This document shows positions 43,650 through 56,974 of a DNA stretch of 64,000 nucleotides, in pieces. The stretch lies in assembly GCA_951406725.2 (NCBI GenBank), contig OX597824.1, positions 13,764,001-13,828,000 of the forward strand, read 5' to 3'. Below the pieces are notes generated by a model. It did not search any database, was not told the DNA's origin, and saw only the letters and a program-made list of their open reading frames with translations. Origin of the DNA: Octopus vulgaris (taxonomy: Eukaryota). The stretch's first letter is position 1, and every line of letters begins with the position of its first letter. The translations under genes were made by a program, and so were the position numbers.

Positions 43650-43878
43650 GCTGTAAATGTATATGCCATAAAGTCTGCAAATTTAACGGAGGCCTCAAAA
43701 GGCATTTTAAGATCAACAAAGATCAGAAATTAATTGCAGCTCTTGGTGGTCCAAATCAGATATGCAATCTATGCGGCGGTATTTTCAATACATTGTCTAG
43801 TTTAAAAAGCTACATCAGACGCCATGTTGGATCTAAGGTGTAAGTACAAGAGGTGATCAGACTCTGAATAAAGAGTAC

Positions 43879-43885
<7 letters not shown>
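43650..43885 (+). pseudogene. 3' end of an RTE-like LINE ORF with two decayed C2H2-like zinc fingers
   Basis: CICHKVCKFNGGLKRHFKI and CNLCGGIFNTLSSLKSYIRRH, then a stop, a short UTR and a (TA)n tail; no TGEKP linker. Confidence 0.55.
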
Positions 43886-43915
<30 letters not shown>

Positions 43916-44087
43916 CGGTGTCACTAACGTGACAGAGTGTAGAAGTGCTAACAAGCCATCTATCTTATTTACACATACATACATACATACATACATATAG
44001 ATACACACACACGCACACGCACACACACTCACAGACTTATATATTACATAAATGTATACACAAATATATATATTCATAACGCGTATG

Positions 44088-44147
<60 letters not shown>

Positions 44148-44224
44148 TTACACATGTACGTACACACACACATGCACACACACACACGATCTATGTTGAA
44201 ATCAAGCTGTGAGATTTTTGTTTT

Positions 44225-44655
44225 TTTCTACTCTAGGTACAAGACCCGACATTTTGGGGGAGGGATCCAGGGGATTAGGACGATCACAGTGCGCTGCTGG
44301 TACTTAATTTATCGACCCTGAAGGGATGAAAAGCAAAATCTACCTCGGCGGAATTTCAGCTCAGAAAGTACAGACAGACGAAATACTGTTAAGCATATCG
44401 CCCGGCGTGCTAACGTTTCTTATTTCTTTATTGCCTACAAGGGGCTAAATAGAGAGGGGACAAACAAGGACAGACAAACGGATTAAGTCGATTATATCGA
44501 CCCCAGTGCGAAACTGGTACTTTATTTATTGTCTCCGAAAGGATAAAAGGCAAAGTCAACCTCGGCGGAATTTGAACTCAGAACGTAACAGAAGACGAAA
44601 TACCGCTAAGCATTTCGCCCGGCGTGCTAACGTTTCTGCCAGCTCGCCGCCTTCT
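44225..44655 (-). mobile_element. SINE family B dimer (young tail-1 monomer joined to an older tail-2 monomer)
   Basis: Junction at agaaa microhomology near 44420. Confidence 0.88.
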
Positions 44656-45404
44656 TGCTGAGAGATGATAAAAAAATATCAAAAATTCATCTCGCTTTTA
44701 GGTTATGATTACTGACCTAAGGTCAAGTAACAAAATTTACGCATCGAGCAAAAATATCTAAGGATATTTAGTTGTGTCCGAATTTTGCACAATAAAATAA
44801 TTAGTTGACAAAATAGTGCGGTCGACATAATTGGTTAAAATCTTTGAGCTTAACATGATCACAGTCAAATAACGGAAAAGGATAAAAGAAACTATTTTGG
44901 CTGAAAACAAACATTGTATCCGAGGAGGTCAATAATTTTTAAGCTAACAACTGAGCGACAATGTATGCTATGACAGTTATCAGTTATATGCGGCAGAGAG
45001 AAACGGTTGAGCTTTCTCGCGCTAGACGTGTTTAACATACAAACCTATTTCAATGAACGACTAATTTGCGAAACATTCGTTCGGTTTAATATTTAAGCAA
45101 GGCTGATAGTAATAATCAGCTGAATTGATTTGACCTTTGAGTGACTTTGAAATGATTTGTATCTCGTAACGACTAACATCTGTAATTGTTGTTATGTATC
45201 TGTATATGTTTGCGCATATCTATCTATCTATCTATCATTTTTATTTTCTCTTATATTACCACCCTATTATCTCCCCTTATTTCGCTCTCGCGTCTCATGT
45301 TTGATCTTTGACCTCTGGCCGAAATCAGATCGCCATGTTGATTCGTTAGCTACTGCACGCATTTTTTTCTCTCCTTCTTTCTGTGTTTTTTTTCTCTCTG
45401 TGTA

Positions 45405-45442
45405 TCTTTCTGTTGAAGAGCGTAGGCTCGAAACGTTAAAGA
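45405..45442 (+). ncRNA. Minimal hammerhead-like motif (core variant CUGUUGA)
   Basis: tcttt-CTGTTGA-a-gagc-gtag-gctc-GAAA-c-GTT-aaaga. Confidence 0.6.
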
Positions 45443-45955
45443 CTTGTTTTATTTATATTTCCTGAGCGCCATACTAATACAATTGTTCGTTTGTTTTCCA
45501 CCTGCCTTCGTCTTTTGTCTATTTTCATAAAGCTTCCCGTTATATATTATGCGCTCACGTGGTCTCACTTTCATCCTATATTCTACCAATACCACTATCA
45601 ACACTTACCTCTACCTTGGATTTTCTTTACCTCTTGGATACTTACCATTGGCTGCACCTCTCTTTCGCGGATCAAAGTGACTTTGCATTGATGTGAAATC
45701 CTTAAAAAATATACCACGACGTCTACACATTTCTCACCCTGAACTTTCAACCTTGAACTTGTTCGCATAAACTGTCCCGTTTGTTGTATTTTTATTTTCT
45801 CTTATATTACCACCCTATTATCTCCCCTTATTTCGCTCTCGCGTCTCATGTTTGATCTTTGACCTCTGGCCGAAATCAGATCGCCATGTTGATTCGTTAG
45901 CTACTGCACGCATTTTTCTCTCTCCTTCTTTCTGTGTTTTTTTTCTCTCTGAGTA

Positions 45956-45993
45956 TCTTTCTGTTGAAGAGCGTAGGCTCGAAACGTTAAAGA
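45956..45993 (+). ncRNA. Minimal hammerhead-like motif, second copy
   Basis: Identical to 45405-45442. Confidence 0.6.
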
Positions 45994-46116
45994 CTTGTTT
46001 TATTTATATTTCCTGAGCGCCATACTAATACAATTGTTCGTTTGTTTTCCACCTGCCTTCGTCTTTTGTCTATTTTCATAAAGCTTCCCGTTATATATAT
46101 ATATATATATATATAG

Positions 46117-46334
46117 AAGGCGGCGAGCTGGCAGAAACGTTAGCACGCCGGGCGAAATACGTAGCCGTATTTCGTCTGCCGTTACGTTCTGAGTTCAAAT
46201 TCCGCCGAGGTCGACTTTGCCTTTCATCCTTTCGGGGTCGATAAATAAAGTACCAGTTACGCACTGGGGTCGATATAATCGACTTAATCCCTTTGTTTGT
46301 CCCCTCTATGTTTAGCCCCTTGTGGGCAATAAAG

Positions 46335-46338
<4 letters not shown>
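46117..46338 (+). mobile_element. Young SINE family B monomer within (TA)n
   Basis: Near-consensus family B sequence. Confidence 0.93.
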
Positions 46339-46371
<33 letters not shown>

Positions 46372-46375
<4 letters not shown>

Positions 46376-47048
46376 TGATAATGGTGTCATTGAGACCCAA
46401 AGGTGTCAGGTAATGCCGAATAGATGCTATAGACAGACCATAGTTAAGTTCCAGATTCGGAAACATTGCGAATAAAGGGTTCAATGTTGGTTCTATGTTA
46501 GCGTGTGTATATAAGAATTTTTTGCGTCATAAGATAAAAGACCAAGGATGTGTAGATATTAGAGCATTTATAGATAGAAGGTCTTACAGCTGTTTCTAGG
46601 ATATTAATTAATAATATCCCGTCATCGAAGACGATGTGAGAGGAAAGTTAAGTCATAGTTATTTTAGATGTGATACAAAATAGAGAGTGAGGTGGAGGAA
46701 AGAAAATACATGCAAGATATGTAGGGATATTGAAGTTGTAAATCCATTTTTTAGGCATAATGGTATTTATGCAATATTCCAATATCCTATGAGTAAAGTG
46801 CAAAAGCCCAACATAGTTTAAAATGGACTTTTGCACTTTACTCATAGGATATTGGAATATTGTATATATACCATTATGCCTAAGAAATGGATTTACAACT
46901 TCAATATCCCTACATATCTTGCATCTATTTTCTTTCCTCCACCTCACTCTCTATTTTGTATCACATCTAAACTAACTATGTCTTAACCATCCTCTCACAC
47001 CGTCTCCGATGAAGGGATATAACAAATATCCTGGAAACAGCTGTAAGA
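46372..47048. mobile_element. Family H Penelope-like terminus with a 467-bp foldback (arms 46582-46810 and 46824-47048)
   Basis: Arms are near reverse complements around a 13-nt loop; HHR-like motifs at 46581-46632 (-) and 47003-47048 (+). Confidence 0.85.
47003..47048 (+). ncRNA. Hammerhead-like motif (core variant CCGAUGA, palindromic stem III)
   Basis: tct-CCGATGA-agggatat-aacaa-atatcctg-GAAA-cagct-GTA-aga. Confidence 0.6.
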
Positions 47049-47075
47049 GGCTCAGGAAGGAAGGGAAGACAGAGG

Positions 47076-47110
47076 GTTTTACGTTTCGAGCGGAGCTCTT
47101 CGTCAGAAAC
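47076..47110 (-). ncRNA. Minimal type I hammerhead motif in a family E element (47049-47186)
   Basis: gttt-CTGACGA-a-gagc-tcc-gctc-GAAA-c-GTA-aaac. Confidence 0.75.
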
Positions 47111-47321
47111 ATAGGAAAAGGAAAGATCTAGAGAAGGGAAGACGGAGGAAAAAAATCGCCAGGGTACACACGCGGTCACATTTTGAATATATATATATAT
47201 ATATATATATACATACATACATACATACATACATACATACATACATACATACATACACATACATACATAAATAAAAGAGTATAATAGTAAAAAGAATCTG
47301 TATGTGTGTGTGTACAGGTAT

Positions 47322-47823
47322 CAAATACCATACAACATAAATTCTTGATTTATTGCTAAAAAAATTCCAAGACTTTAAAGGGTGTACCTTAATTACGAAC
47401 TAGCAATTAAGACCAATTCCACTGGAGAAGTTAGATAATCACAAGATTGTAAATTTTTCCAAGACTGAAAAGGCATCAAGGTAAAGAATAAGTTTACTTC
47501 CGGGAGATACGTGGATACTAATGAACATGTGTTTCTAGCTTAATACTCGTCATCAGTAGATTACTCCGACCATATCCCAGTAGCCAAGGAAGTTAGAATT
47601 ACAGAAAAGAGTACAAAACATCCCTGACCTAGATTATCTGCATAATTTAAACACTAATTCACCTAATAGAAAATCTCAGATGTATTTACACATAGAGTAA
47701 TACAGATATATCAAATAACATACAAAATGAATTCTCGATTTATTAAATTTATTCCCGACTCTAGAGGCTATGTCATAATTACGAAACAGCAGTTTAGAGT
47801 AATTTTACAGAAGATGGGAGAGC
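47322..47823 (-). mobile_element. Old direct-repeat element (47322-47440 and 47712-47823) with a decayed HHR at 47523-47556
   Basis: Diverged repeats with a period of about 390 bp; minus strand CTGATGA...GAAAcacatgtt with weak stems. Confidence 0.45.
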
Positions 47824-47995
47824 ATATATAATATATATCGATTAACTAAAATGAAATAGACTAATTAACTGATGGCATGCATTTCCGCAGCAATAAAATT
47901 TGGTGACGAAAGAAACATAACATATGTGGAAAATTATAGTTTCTAGCATTTTTAATTTCGACCTTTCTTCAACCTCTACATGCATATGTCGATCA

Positions 47996-48141
<146 letters not shown>

Positions 48142-48230
48142 CATATATATAGATATATATATATTTATATATATATATATATACATATAGTATATGATAT
48201 ATAAATGCACATATGTGAGTGTATATATAA

Positions 48231-48269
<39 letters not shown>

Positions 48270-48436
48270 TGTAAGTGTGTGTGCATATATATGTATATAT
48301 ACATGTATGTATATACATGTATATAAACATATATATATGTATATTTACATGTATGTATTTATGTATATACATGTATATATATATGTATATATGTATTCAT
48401 ATATGTATGCGTATATATACATATACGTTTATATAC

Positions 48437-48472
<36 letters not shown>

Positions 48473-48592
48473 CATCAACTTCGAAGGAATAAATAGACAC
48501 GTTTTCAGTATTCTTGTTCCTTAAGCCACAACAAACGCATCCGCACAAGGACACACGCAAGGAAACAATTTATGCGTGTGTATCTGCACACG

Positions 48593-48646
<54 letters not shown>

Positions 48647-48736
48647 TGAGTTTGCCTGTGTTTCTGTAAGTATAAATACGCAAAGCATGAGAAGAAAAGA
48701 GTTAAAGACAGGGAAGTATTGCAAGTAAGCAACATC

Positions 48737-48777
<41 letters not shown>

Positions 48778-49216
48778 GCAATCGTTTCATATTTGCACAC
48801 ACACACACACGTGTGCGTGTAAAAATGTATATTTATGCATACCCATATTTATATAAATATACATACATATACACATCTATATATGCGTATACATAGTTGC
48901 ATATGTATTTATATACGTAAGTATTACGTATATATGTTTGCAAACGTATACGTATAAATGTGTGGAATTCATGTTGCTAACACGGAACGATATTTCGGGA
49001 TTAAGCATTCCTTAAGAACCATGTAAATATAAAACTAAATATAAAATTTTTCAGAAGACAATAAATCTCCCGTGTTTTCCGAACTATTTCTAAGACTGAA
49101 AGAAAGTATTTCAATAACATTCAATGTTTTGTATTTCACGTAATAGATTTCTGAATTAAGTCCTGCTTTATCCTCACATACTTCCACAAATAACAATATG
49201 TATCGACACACAAACA

Positions 49217-49296
<80 letters not shown>

Positions 49297-49401
49297 TACA
49301 CACACACATATATACATATATATATATATACTATATCACATAATATATATGTATGTATTTATATATATATATATATGTGTGTGTGTGTAGGGATATATAT
49401 C

Positions 49402-49432
<31 letters not shown>

Positions 49433-49483
49433 TATTATAAATATATATATATATAATTATAAATATTATATATTATATTATAT

Positions 49484-49532
<49 letters not shown>

Positions 49533-49807
49533 GTATGTATGTATGTATGTATGTATGTATGTATGTATGTATGTATGTATGTATGTATGTATGTATGTAG
49601 GGTCGCGTTCGGCAAACAGACGAACAAATATATTCTTGTGTATTTATGGTATTGACAAAGACATACACTCACAGAGATTCTAATACTGGTGGACAATAAA
49701 GCAAACGTATATACACACTCACACACATCTATATGTGTACACATATATATATGTGTACACACATATATATATGTGTATATGTATGTGTGCATGTGTTTAT
49801 ATATATA

Positions 49808-49858
<51 letters not shown>

Positions 49859-50109
49859 ATGTATGTATGTAAATATGGATGGATAGATGGATGGATATAC
49901 ATTTTGATATGTGTGTATTAGTGTAAGGATAGGGTGAAAGTGAAATAACATAAAAGATACAGAAAACATCTTTAATAAAACTGTTTAAACACGAACACAA
50001 TCGTGTCTTCCATATAACTTGTTTGAAAGAAAAGCAGTTTCTTGTATATATTTATATGTCTCATACCTACATACATAAATATACAATTTTGCATACACAC
50101 AGACACACG

Positions 50110-50167
<58 letters not shown>

Positions 50168-50205
50168 TGAATATATATGTAGATAAATAAATTTACATTC
50201 ATACT

Positions 50206-50292
<87 letters not shown>

Positions 50293-51371
50293 TGTATGTA
50301 TGTATATATTTGTGTATGTATAGTTGAAGCTTTTGTATTTCAGTTTTCTCCTTCGGTTTCTTTATTAATGCTGCAGCTATTCTTTTCCAACTTACCTCTC
50401 AATAATAAACAATAAATACAAGTCCCTTTAAGCTGCAAAAATCAATAGAATTATTCTTAAACTTCTGCACATAAGGAAGCAAAACATGAATATTGTTTCT
50501 TTAGTGATCTGCAACATGTACATATTGGCAATAAAAGAATATCACACGCATTTGTATAGGATCCCAATGAAACTTATAATATATAGATTTACTAAGTACG
50601 GGCAGTTGGCTTGGATGAGCTCAACAAAGGACGTATACTGTTAGGTTCAGTCGGAACAGTGAGATTATGACGTCATCCAATAGAATTGGTGTTGCATTCT
50701 ACTGTTTATGAGTCTGTTTATGAGTCTGGTTTCTCAGGGAGATATTATATCCTTAGAATATAATCACAATATTTAGGTGTTTCTTTGAGGGGCTTTTTTT
50801 TCTTTAGAAAGAGAGAAGAGAGGAAACCTCTGCGTTGATGATTTACTCAATAGAATTGATCGTCATGTCTTCCTTAGATTGCATCTAATTTGCGTAAAAT
50901 GTAAGAATACTTTAGGTATTGTATCCCTAGCTTCACATTATGTGTAACATACGAGATTGAGTCTCTACTGCCGGGGGGACATCTGATCAAACTTAATAGA
51001 GTGCGTTTATAAAAAGGATTATTTCTGTACAAATTACTCATGTCAAAGAGGAGAGAAATTGTTAAGTGCACCTGATTATGCAATCAGTTTCACAGCCTCA
51101 CAGACTGATTCAGCTGATACCTTTAATATTTGGAAGTTAATATGTTCAGAAAAGAATGAGAGTGAAGAGGAGCTTCAGCTCAAAATGTTTGCAACAGAAT
51201 AAACTCCATCAAAACAGCCAAAATCCAAGTTGTAGTGTTAAACGGGGACGTCTACATTCTGATACTTGCAGTTTTAATTGACAGTCTAAATTTCTTATAT
51301 GTAGCTGCTTAAGGGAAGTAAAAGATGGATGCCGTTAAACGTTCATATATATGAAGAAATTACAAACATGC

Positions 51372-51500
51372 AACCACATGGTTCCGGGTTCAGTCCCACT
51401 GCGTGGCATCTTGGGCAAGTGTCTTCTGCTATAGCCCCGGGCCGACCAAAGCCTTGTGAGTGGATTTGGTAGACGGAAACTGAAAGAAGCCTGTCGTATA

Positions 51501-51547
<47 letters not shown>

Positions 51548-51757
51548 ATGTGTTTGTGTTTGTCCCCCTAGCATTGATTGACAACCGATGCTGGTGTGTT
51601 TACGTCCCCCCCCCGTCACTTAGCGGTTCGGCAAAAGAGATCGATAGAATAAGTACTGGGCTTACAAAGAATAAGTCCCGGGGTCGATTTGCTCGACTGA
51701 AGGCGGTGCTCCAGCATGGCCGCAGTCAAATGACTGAAACGAGTAAGTAAAAGAGTA
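51372..51757 (+). mobile_element. SINE family A, slightly 5'-truncated
   Basis: Match to family A. Confidence 0.92.
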
Positions 51758-52671
51758 TGCGAATTTATAAGTATATCATGAAAAATATATTTTTGCTTGT
51801 TTGTTTGCAACGCGAACTGTAACGGTTAAACGCAAAATCCTAATGGCCAACACTCTTTAGGATTGCATGTCAAGAAATACCATTTTATTACTAGCGCATT
51901 CTGTAAAGGAAACAAATCATTTATTAAATATCACATGACCCTTGCATGATCGAAGTACTGAAGTCAAATTTACTACGCAATTATCGAATGCAAACGTATG
52001 CTTATTAAATGTCTCATATTATTAGTACAATGAATGAAAGCAAATGTGTGTTGGGTTACAGACTTAATCCGTGCCAGCACTATATCTACATTTCCACAGG
52101 AAAATAAAACGTCGAACATCGCATTCATGGTGGCATCCAATTGATGTCAGGAAGTTAAAAGAATCTTTGCAAAATCGTAAACAATTTGTCTCTCTCGCAT
52201 TTACAACGATTATGAAAGTAGCCCAAGCTATAAATTAGAGCTACATGATTATTATTACGTAAGCGACTAACTAATAATCTATGTCACCATACTGCATTCA
52301 TGACAGCATCTAAGAACACCCGAGAAGCTTTTCATGTAAAAGAAAACCAAATTATTCCCTCTGGTTTATACTGAAGAGTTATATTGTAATGAGGATCATA
52401 AACTAACGCCTGTACGTTCCAGTAAGAGACACATTACTATCACCATCACCACGAACACGAACTACAACAGCGAACTGACAAGGAAACATCTGTGTTGACG
52501 ATCGACAAGTACGAACCAACGAGGGATTATTTACGTGTATTACTAGACTGACATGCTACGAATAGCAGTGAAATTCCCATCAGATCACACCCTGCAATCT
52601 GATGCGAATAGCACTGAATAGTGCGGTGTTATATATACACCTACCACCATCACAACCAACAGCAACAACAA

Positions 52672-53207
52672 TGGAGGCGCAATGGCTCAGTGGTTAGGGC
52701 AGCGGACTCGCGCTTGTTAGAACGCGGTTTCGATTCCCAGACCAGGCATTATGAGTGTTTATTGAGTAAAAACACCTAAGCTCCACGACGCTCCGGCGTT
52801 ACTCTTTCACCACAACTTTGTCTCACTCTTTTTTACTATTTCTGCCACAAAGCAGAGGAACCATGGTATAACCCACTATGGTGTGGTAAACTTTCAGACC
52901 CTAGTCTAGATTGCGAATCCTCTCTACCCCAGGATGGTTGAGCTCTCCACCCGCTAAAAGCTACCGTTTACGGAATGAGGATAACAACGTAGCTTTTGCG
53001 CCCGTGCAACCGCCAGTCTATCGCGTGTGATGGGTGGATCTTCAAGTTGCCACACGCACTCTTAGTAGCTTAGAGTAGGCTCGAATTAGAGATTATTCTT
53101 TTGTGGCTAATGGCGTGAGTCCTGGTTGGAAGAAGAAGAAGAAGAAGAAGAAGAAGAAGAAGAAGAAGAAGAAGAAGAAGAAGAAGAAGAAGAAGAAGAA
53201 GAAGAAG

Positions 53208-53239
<32 letters not shown>

Positions 53240-53258
53240 GAAGACGAAGAAGAAGAAG
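52672..53258 (+). mobile_element. SINE, head C with long tail IV ending in (GAA)n
   Basis: Head C to about 52845, then about 280 bp unrelated to tails I-III, then (GAA)n at 53129-53258. Confidence 0.65.
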
Positions 53259-53462
53259 GTGAGAATGGTGATAATCAATTCATGCTACATGCTGATCCAC
53301 TGTGAAACATTCGACCTACTAGAATTTAGAAATAGAATAAAGGGTAGTTTCCTTGAATATTGATAAACTTTAGTTTATGTTTGTCATTACCTATCATTTA
53401 TGAGCATTAAATATAGGTATTCATTGGATACAAGTATCTCTTAGACGGTTATTATTAAGTCA

Positions 53463-53511
<49 letters not shown>

Positions 53512-53689
53512 ATGTGTGTGTATTTGTGTGTATGTGTGTGTATGTGTGTGTATGTGTGTGTATGTGTGTATGTGTGTGTGGTTGTGAGTGTATGTGTGTG
53601 TATGTGTGTGTATATGTGTGTGTATGTGTCTGTTTGTTATTCTGTGAGTGTTAAGATCACAAGGTATGCCCTGAACCGGGCGCTTGTTC

Positions 53690-53845
53690 GTCACGGGGTT
53701 ACGAATTTACACTCCAGTGGATTGGAAGAACGTGGACTGAAGTGTTTTGCTCAAGAATAGAGCCCTCCGCAAAAACCGGAGATCAAAGCTATGATTTTGT
53801 GATCGTGAGTACAATACGCTAACCACTGGGCCACACGCCTTCACA
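53690..53845 (-). mobile_element. Old SINE, head D
   Basis: gtgaaggcgtgtggcccagtggttag...cttgagcaaaacactt...tccact. Confidence 0.6.
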
Positions 53846-54080
53846 TAAAACTGAATAATTGTTCAAAAAACATTGACAAGACAACACAAAATACGTCCTA
53901 AATGCATAAGGAAAATACAAAAACTGTTTGTTTTACTAACGTTGACATAGGAATTCTCAATCAGAATTCGGATGGGAAAATAGGAAAAAAAAATCAAAAC
54001 AGTAACAAAGAAAATATCCTTTTTTTTTTCTTCTGGTATTTTAGTATATATATACATATATATCGTACTGCTGCAGGTGC

Positions 54081-54445
54081 TGTTGAGCGAAGCGGTCTTC
54101 GTCCTAGAGTGGGAGAAGTCCGAAACGTGGTCCTTTGCTATTCGTAAGACCTGCAGAATAGAAAGCAGGTCAACACCCGACACCGAGAGCATCGACGGAT
54201 GAATGAATGTGCATCCAGGCTCAGCGGTTGCGTAGGAAGTCGGGGACAAGAAACAGGAAGAAAGAGTGAGAGAAAATTGGAGCGAAAGAGTACAACAGGG
54301 GTCGCCACCCCCTTCCCCTGCCGGAGCCTCGGGGAGCTTTAGGTGTCTTCGCTCTATAAACACACACAACGCCCGGTCTGGGAATCGAAACCGCGATCTT
54401 CCGACCGCGTGTCCGTTGCCCTAACCACTGGGCCATTGCGCCTCC
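54081..54445 (-). mobile_element. SINE, head C with tail II and 14-bp TSD
   Basis: actgctgcaggtgc at 54067-54080 and 54446-54459. Confidence 0.92.
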
Positions 54446-55079
54446 ACTGCTGCAGGTGCCATGGAACTACATACATACTGTTGCATAGTCGAGAGATCAG
54501 GAACTAAACGGATACCCCCATACAAACCATGTTAAAGCAAAAATACTGGAAATTGTAGCTAAAGGTTGTAACGTGATATAACTATAGCGTTAGGTAATTG
54601 GTGATGACTCAGGGGGTTCATTAGAAAGGGTTTCGCATTTCTGTCATATTATTGAGAGAAAAGACCAAGTGGTGAACAGGCCTATACTTCAATTACATGC
54701 GAGGAGTACAAGTAAAATCAATAGGTACGTGAGAATATCGAATAGATTTCGTTAAAGTCAGTTGCAGCGCCGATCGAAACTGCCGGGTATTTATCATCAC
54801 TGTACAACACTTATGAATGACATTTAACACAGGTATATTACAAGGCTATAGATTTTTGTGGGGTGGGGTATAGCAGAACAAATCGAGTGCAAAAAGGTAA
54901 AAAAAAGTAAAAGCCAAACTGCAGTAGAATTAACATTTAGAGTTAACGCAGTTTTTACCGCGTATTTATATATGTATATACACACACACACACTCACACA
55001 CATACACAGACACGCACGGACACGAACACACACACACACATACACACACATACACACACGCACGCACACACAAATATAT

Positions 55080-55234
55080 AATGGCTGTCTGGTAAGAAGC
55101 TTGCTTCCAAACCACGTGGTTCCGGGTTCAGTCCAACTGCGTGCCAACTTAGGCAAGTGTCTTCAACTATAGCCTCGGGCCAACCAAAGCCTTGTGAGTG
55201 GATTTGGTAGACGGAAACTGAAAGAAGCCCGTCC

Positions 55235-55266
<32 letters not shown>

Positions 55267-55503
55267 TATAAAGGATATCTGTATTTGCATTGGGACCCTT
55301 CCATCGAGAACCGGGGATTGTCGTGCGCTGATGATGGGTCAATACCCAGAAACTGCAGTCCGTGCGTATCACTTAGGTAGGAAATACCGATAGGGCACAG
55401 AAAGTGTGTCAATAGCTAGCTGGAAAAGATGTTCTCCTGGGGCTACAAGCTACAGTAATATCCACCCTTGGTGGTTAGTCACATTTAGGTGACAAATATA
55501 CTT

Positions 55504-55567
<64 letters not shown>

Positions 55568-55850
55568 TATATTTACATATATTTGTGCATTTGTGTCCTC
55601 CCCCCCCCATCATCGCTTGACAACCGATGTTGTCTCCGTAACACGGCTGTTCGGTAAAAGCATTATTTTTCCCCCGTCCTCCGCTTGACATCCGAGGTGC
55701 GTTTATTTACGTCTCCGTAAGGACACCGATAGAATAAGTACCAGGATTTTCACGAATAAGAACACGCATCGATTGTAAGATTGAACCTTTCAAGGTCGTG
55801 CCTCAGCATGGCCGCGGTCTATTGACTGAAACAAGTATGAGGTTAAAGAT
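55080..55850 (+). mobile_element. SINE family A split by an HHR-bearing insert of about 235 bp (55271-55505) in its internal (TA)n
   Basis: 5' half at 55080-55235 and 3' half at 55585-55850. Confidence 0.8.
55322..55366 (+). ncRNA. Canonical type I hammerhead ribozyme motif
   Basis: cgtgcg-CTGATGA-tgggt-caat-accca-GAAA-ctgca-GTC-cgtgcg; predicted cleavage after 55360. Confidence 0.85.
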
Positions 55851-55871
55851 ACACAGCATATATACACACGT

Positions 55872-55942
<71 letters not shown>

Positions 55943-56189
55943 TGCAAACATGCACACAAGCACAATTGCTAGCGAAATTGGGTTGCCAATATAGTACAAT
56001 CTCTCGCTGTGGGGCGCTTAACGCTCCTGTGACTACATAGCCTTCTGCTTTTAGTGGCTATATGGGTCTTTGACTCTTGTTTCAAGCAATGTAGATGATA
56101 TCTCGCACTGTGAAACACTATTACTGACAATTGAATCTTTACTTTCTGGTTTCGTATTGCGTCTAGACACCATTATTTTATGTTTGTGA

Positions 56190-56800
56190 GCCTGTGTGTG
56201 TGTGCGCGCGTGCGTGCGTAAGTGTGTATGTGTATGTATGTATGTATGTATGATGTATGTATGTATGTATGAATGTATGTATGTACATATGTATGCAAGT
56301 ATGTATGTGAAAATGCACTTTCGTCTTCTGTAACTTTAGTATATTAGCATTCTTTATAAATATATATAGATAGATACACACACACATACATATATACATG
56401 CATACTTACATACAAGCATAGTACATATATATATATAGATACATGCATACATATATATGCATATATACCTACAGGTGCGTGTGGGTGTGTGCGCGCGTGT
56501 GTGTGTGTGTATGTGTATGTATGTATGCATGTGAAAATGCACTTTCGTCAAATGAGCTTTAAACTTAGTATATTAGTATTATATATATATATATATACAT
56601 ATATATACATATATACATACAAACATACATGCATACAAGCATAGTACATATATACATGCATACATATATGCATATATACCTACAGCTGAGTGGGTGTGGG
56701 TGTGTGCGCGCGCGTCTGTGTATGTGTGTGTATATATGTATGCATGTGAAAATGCATTTTCGTCAAATGAACTATAAATTTAGTATATCAGCATTATATA
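56190..56800. repeat. Three diverged tandem units of about 225 bp
   Basis: atgtgaaaatgcac/ttttcgtc...ttagtatat recurs near 56305, 56530 and 56745. Confidence 0.75.
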
Positions 56801-56940
56801 TATATACACACGCATATACATACACACATGCAAACATATATACATGCATGCATATATACATACATACATACATACATACATACATACATACATACATTCA
56901 TGCATACATACATACATACATACATACATACATACATACA

Positions 56941-56974
<34 letters not shown>

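Larger units (their letters stand above)
45237..46098 (+). mobile_element. Retrozyme-like or Penelope-derived element: two 311-bp direct repeats around a 240-bp spacer
   Basis: 45237-45547 and 45788-46098 are nearly identical (period 551) and each carries an HHR-like motif; the element ends in (TA)n. Confidence 0.8.

Noticed and set aside
43619-43843. Host C2H2 zinc-finger gene exon
   Set aside because: Degenerate ligands, no TGEKP linkers, and an immediate stop, short UTR and (TA)n tail fit a LINE 3' end better
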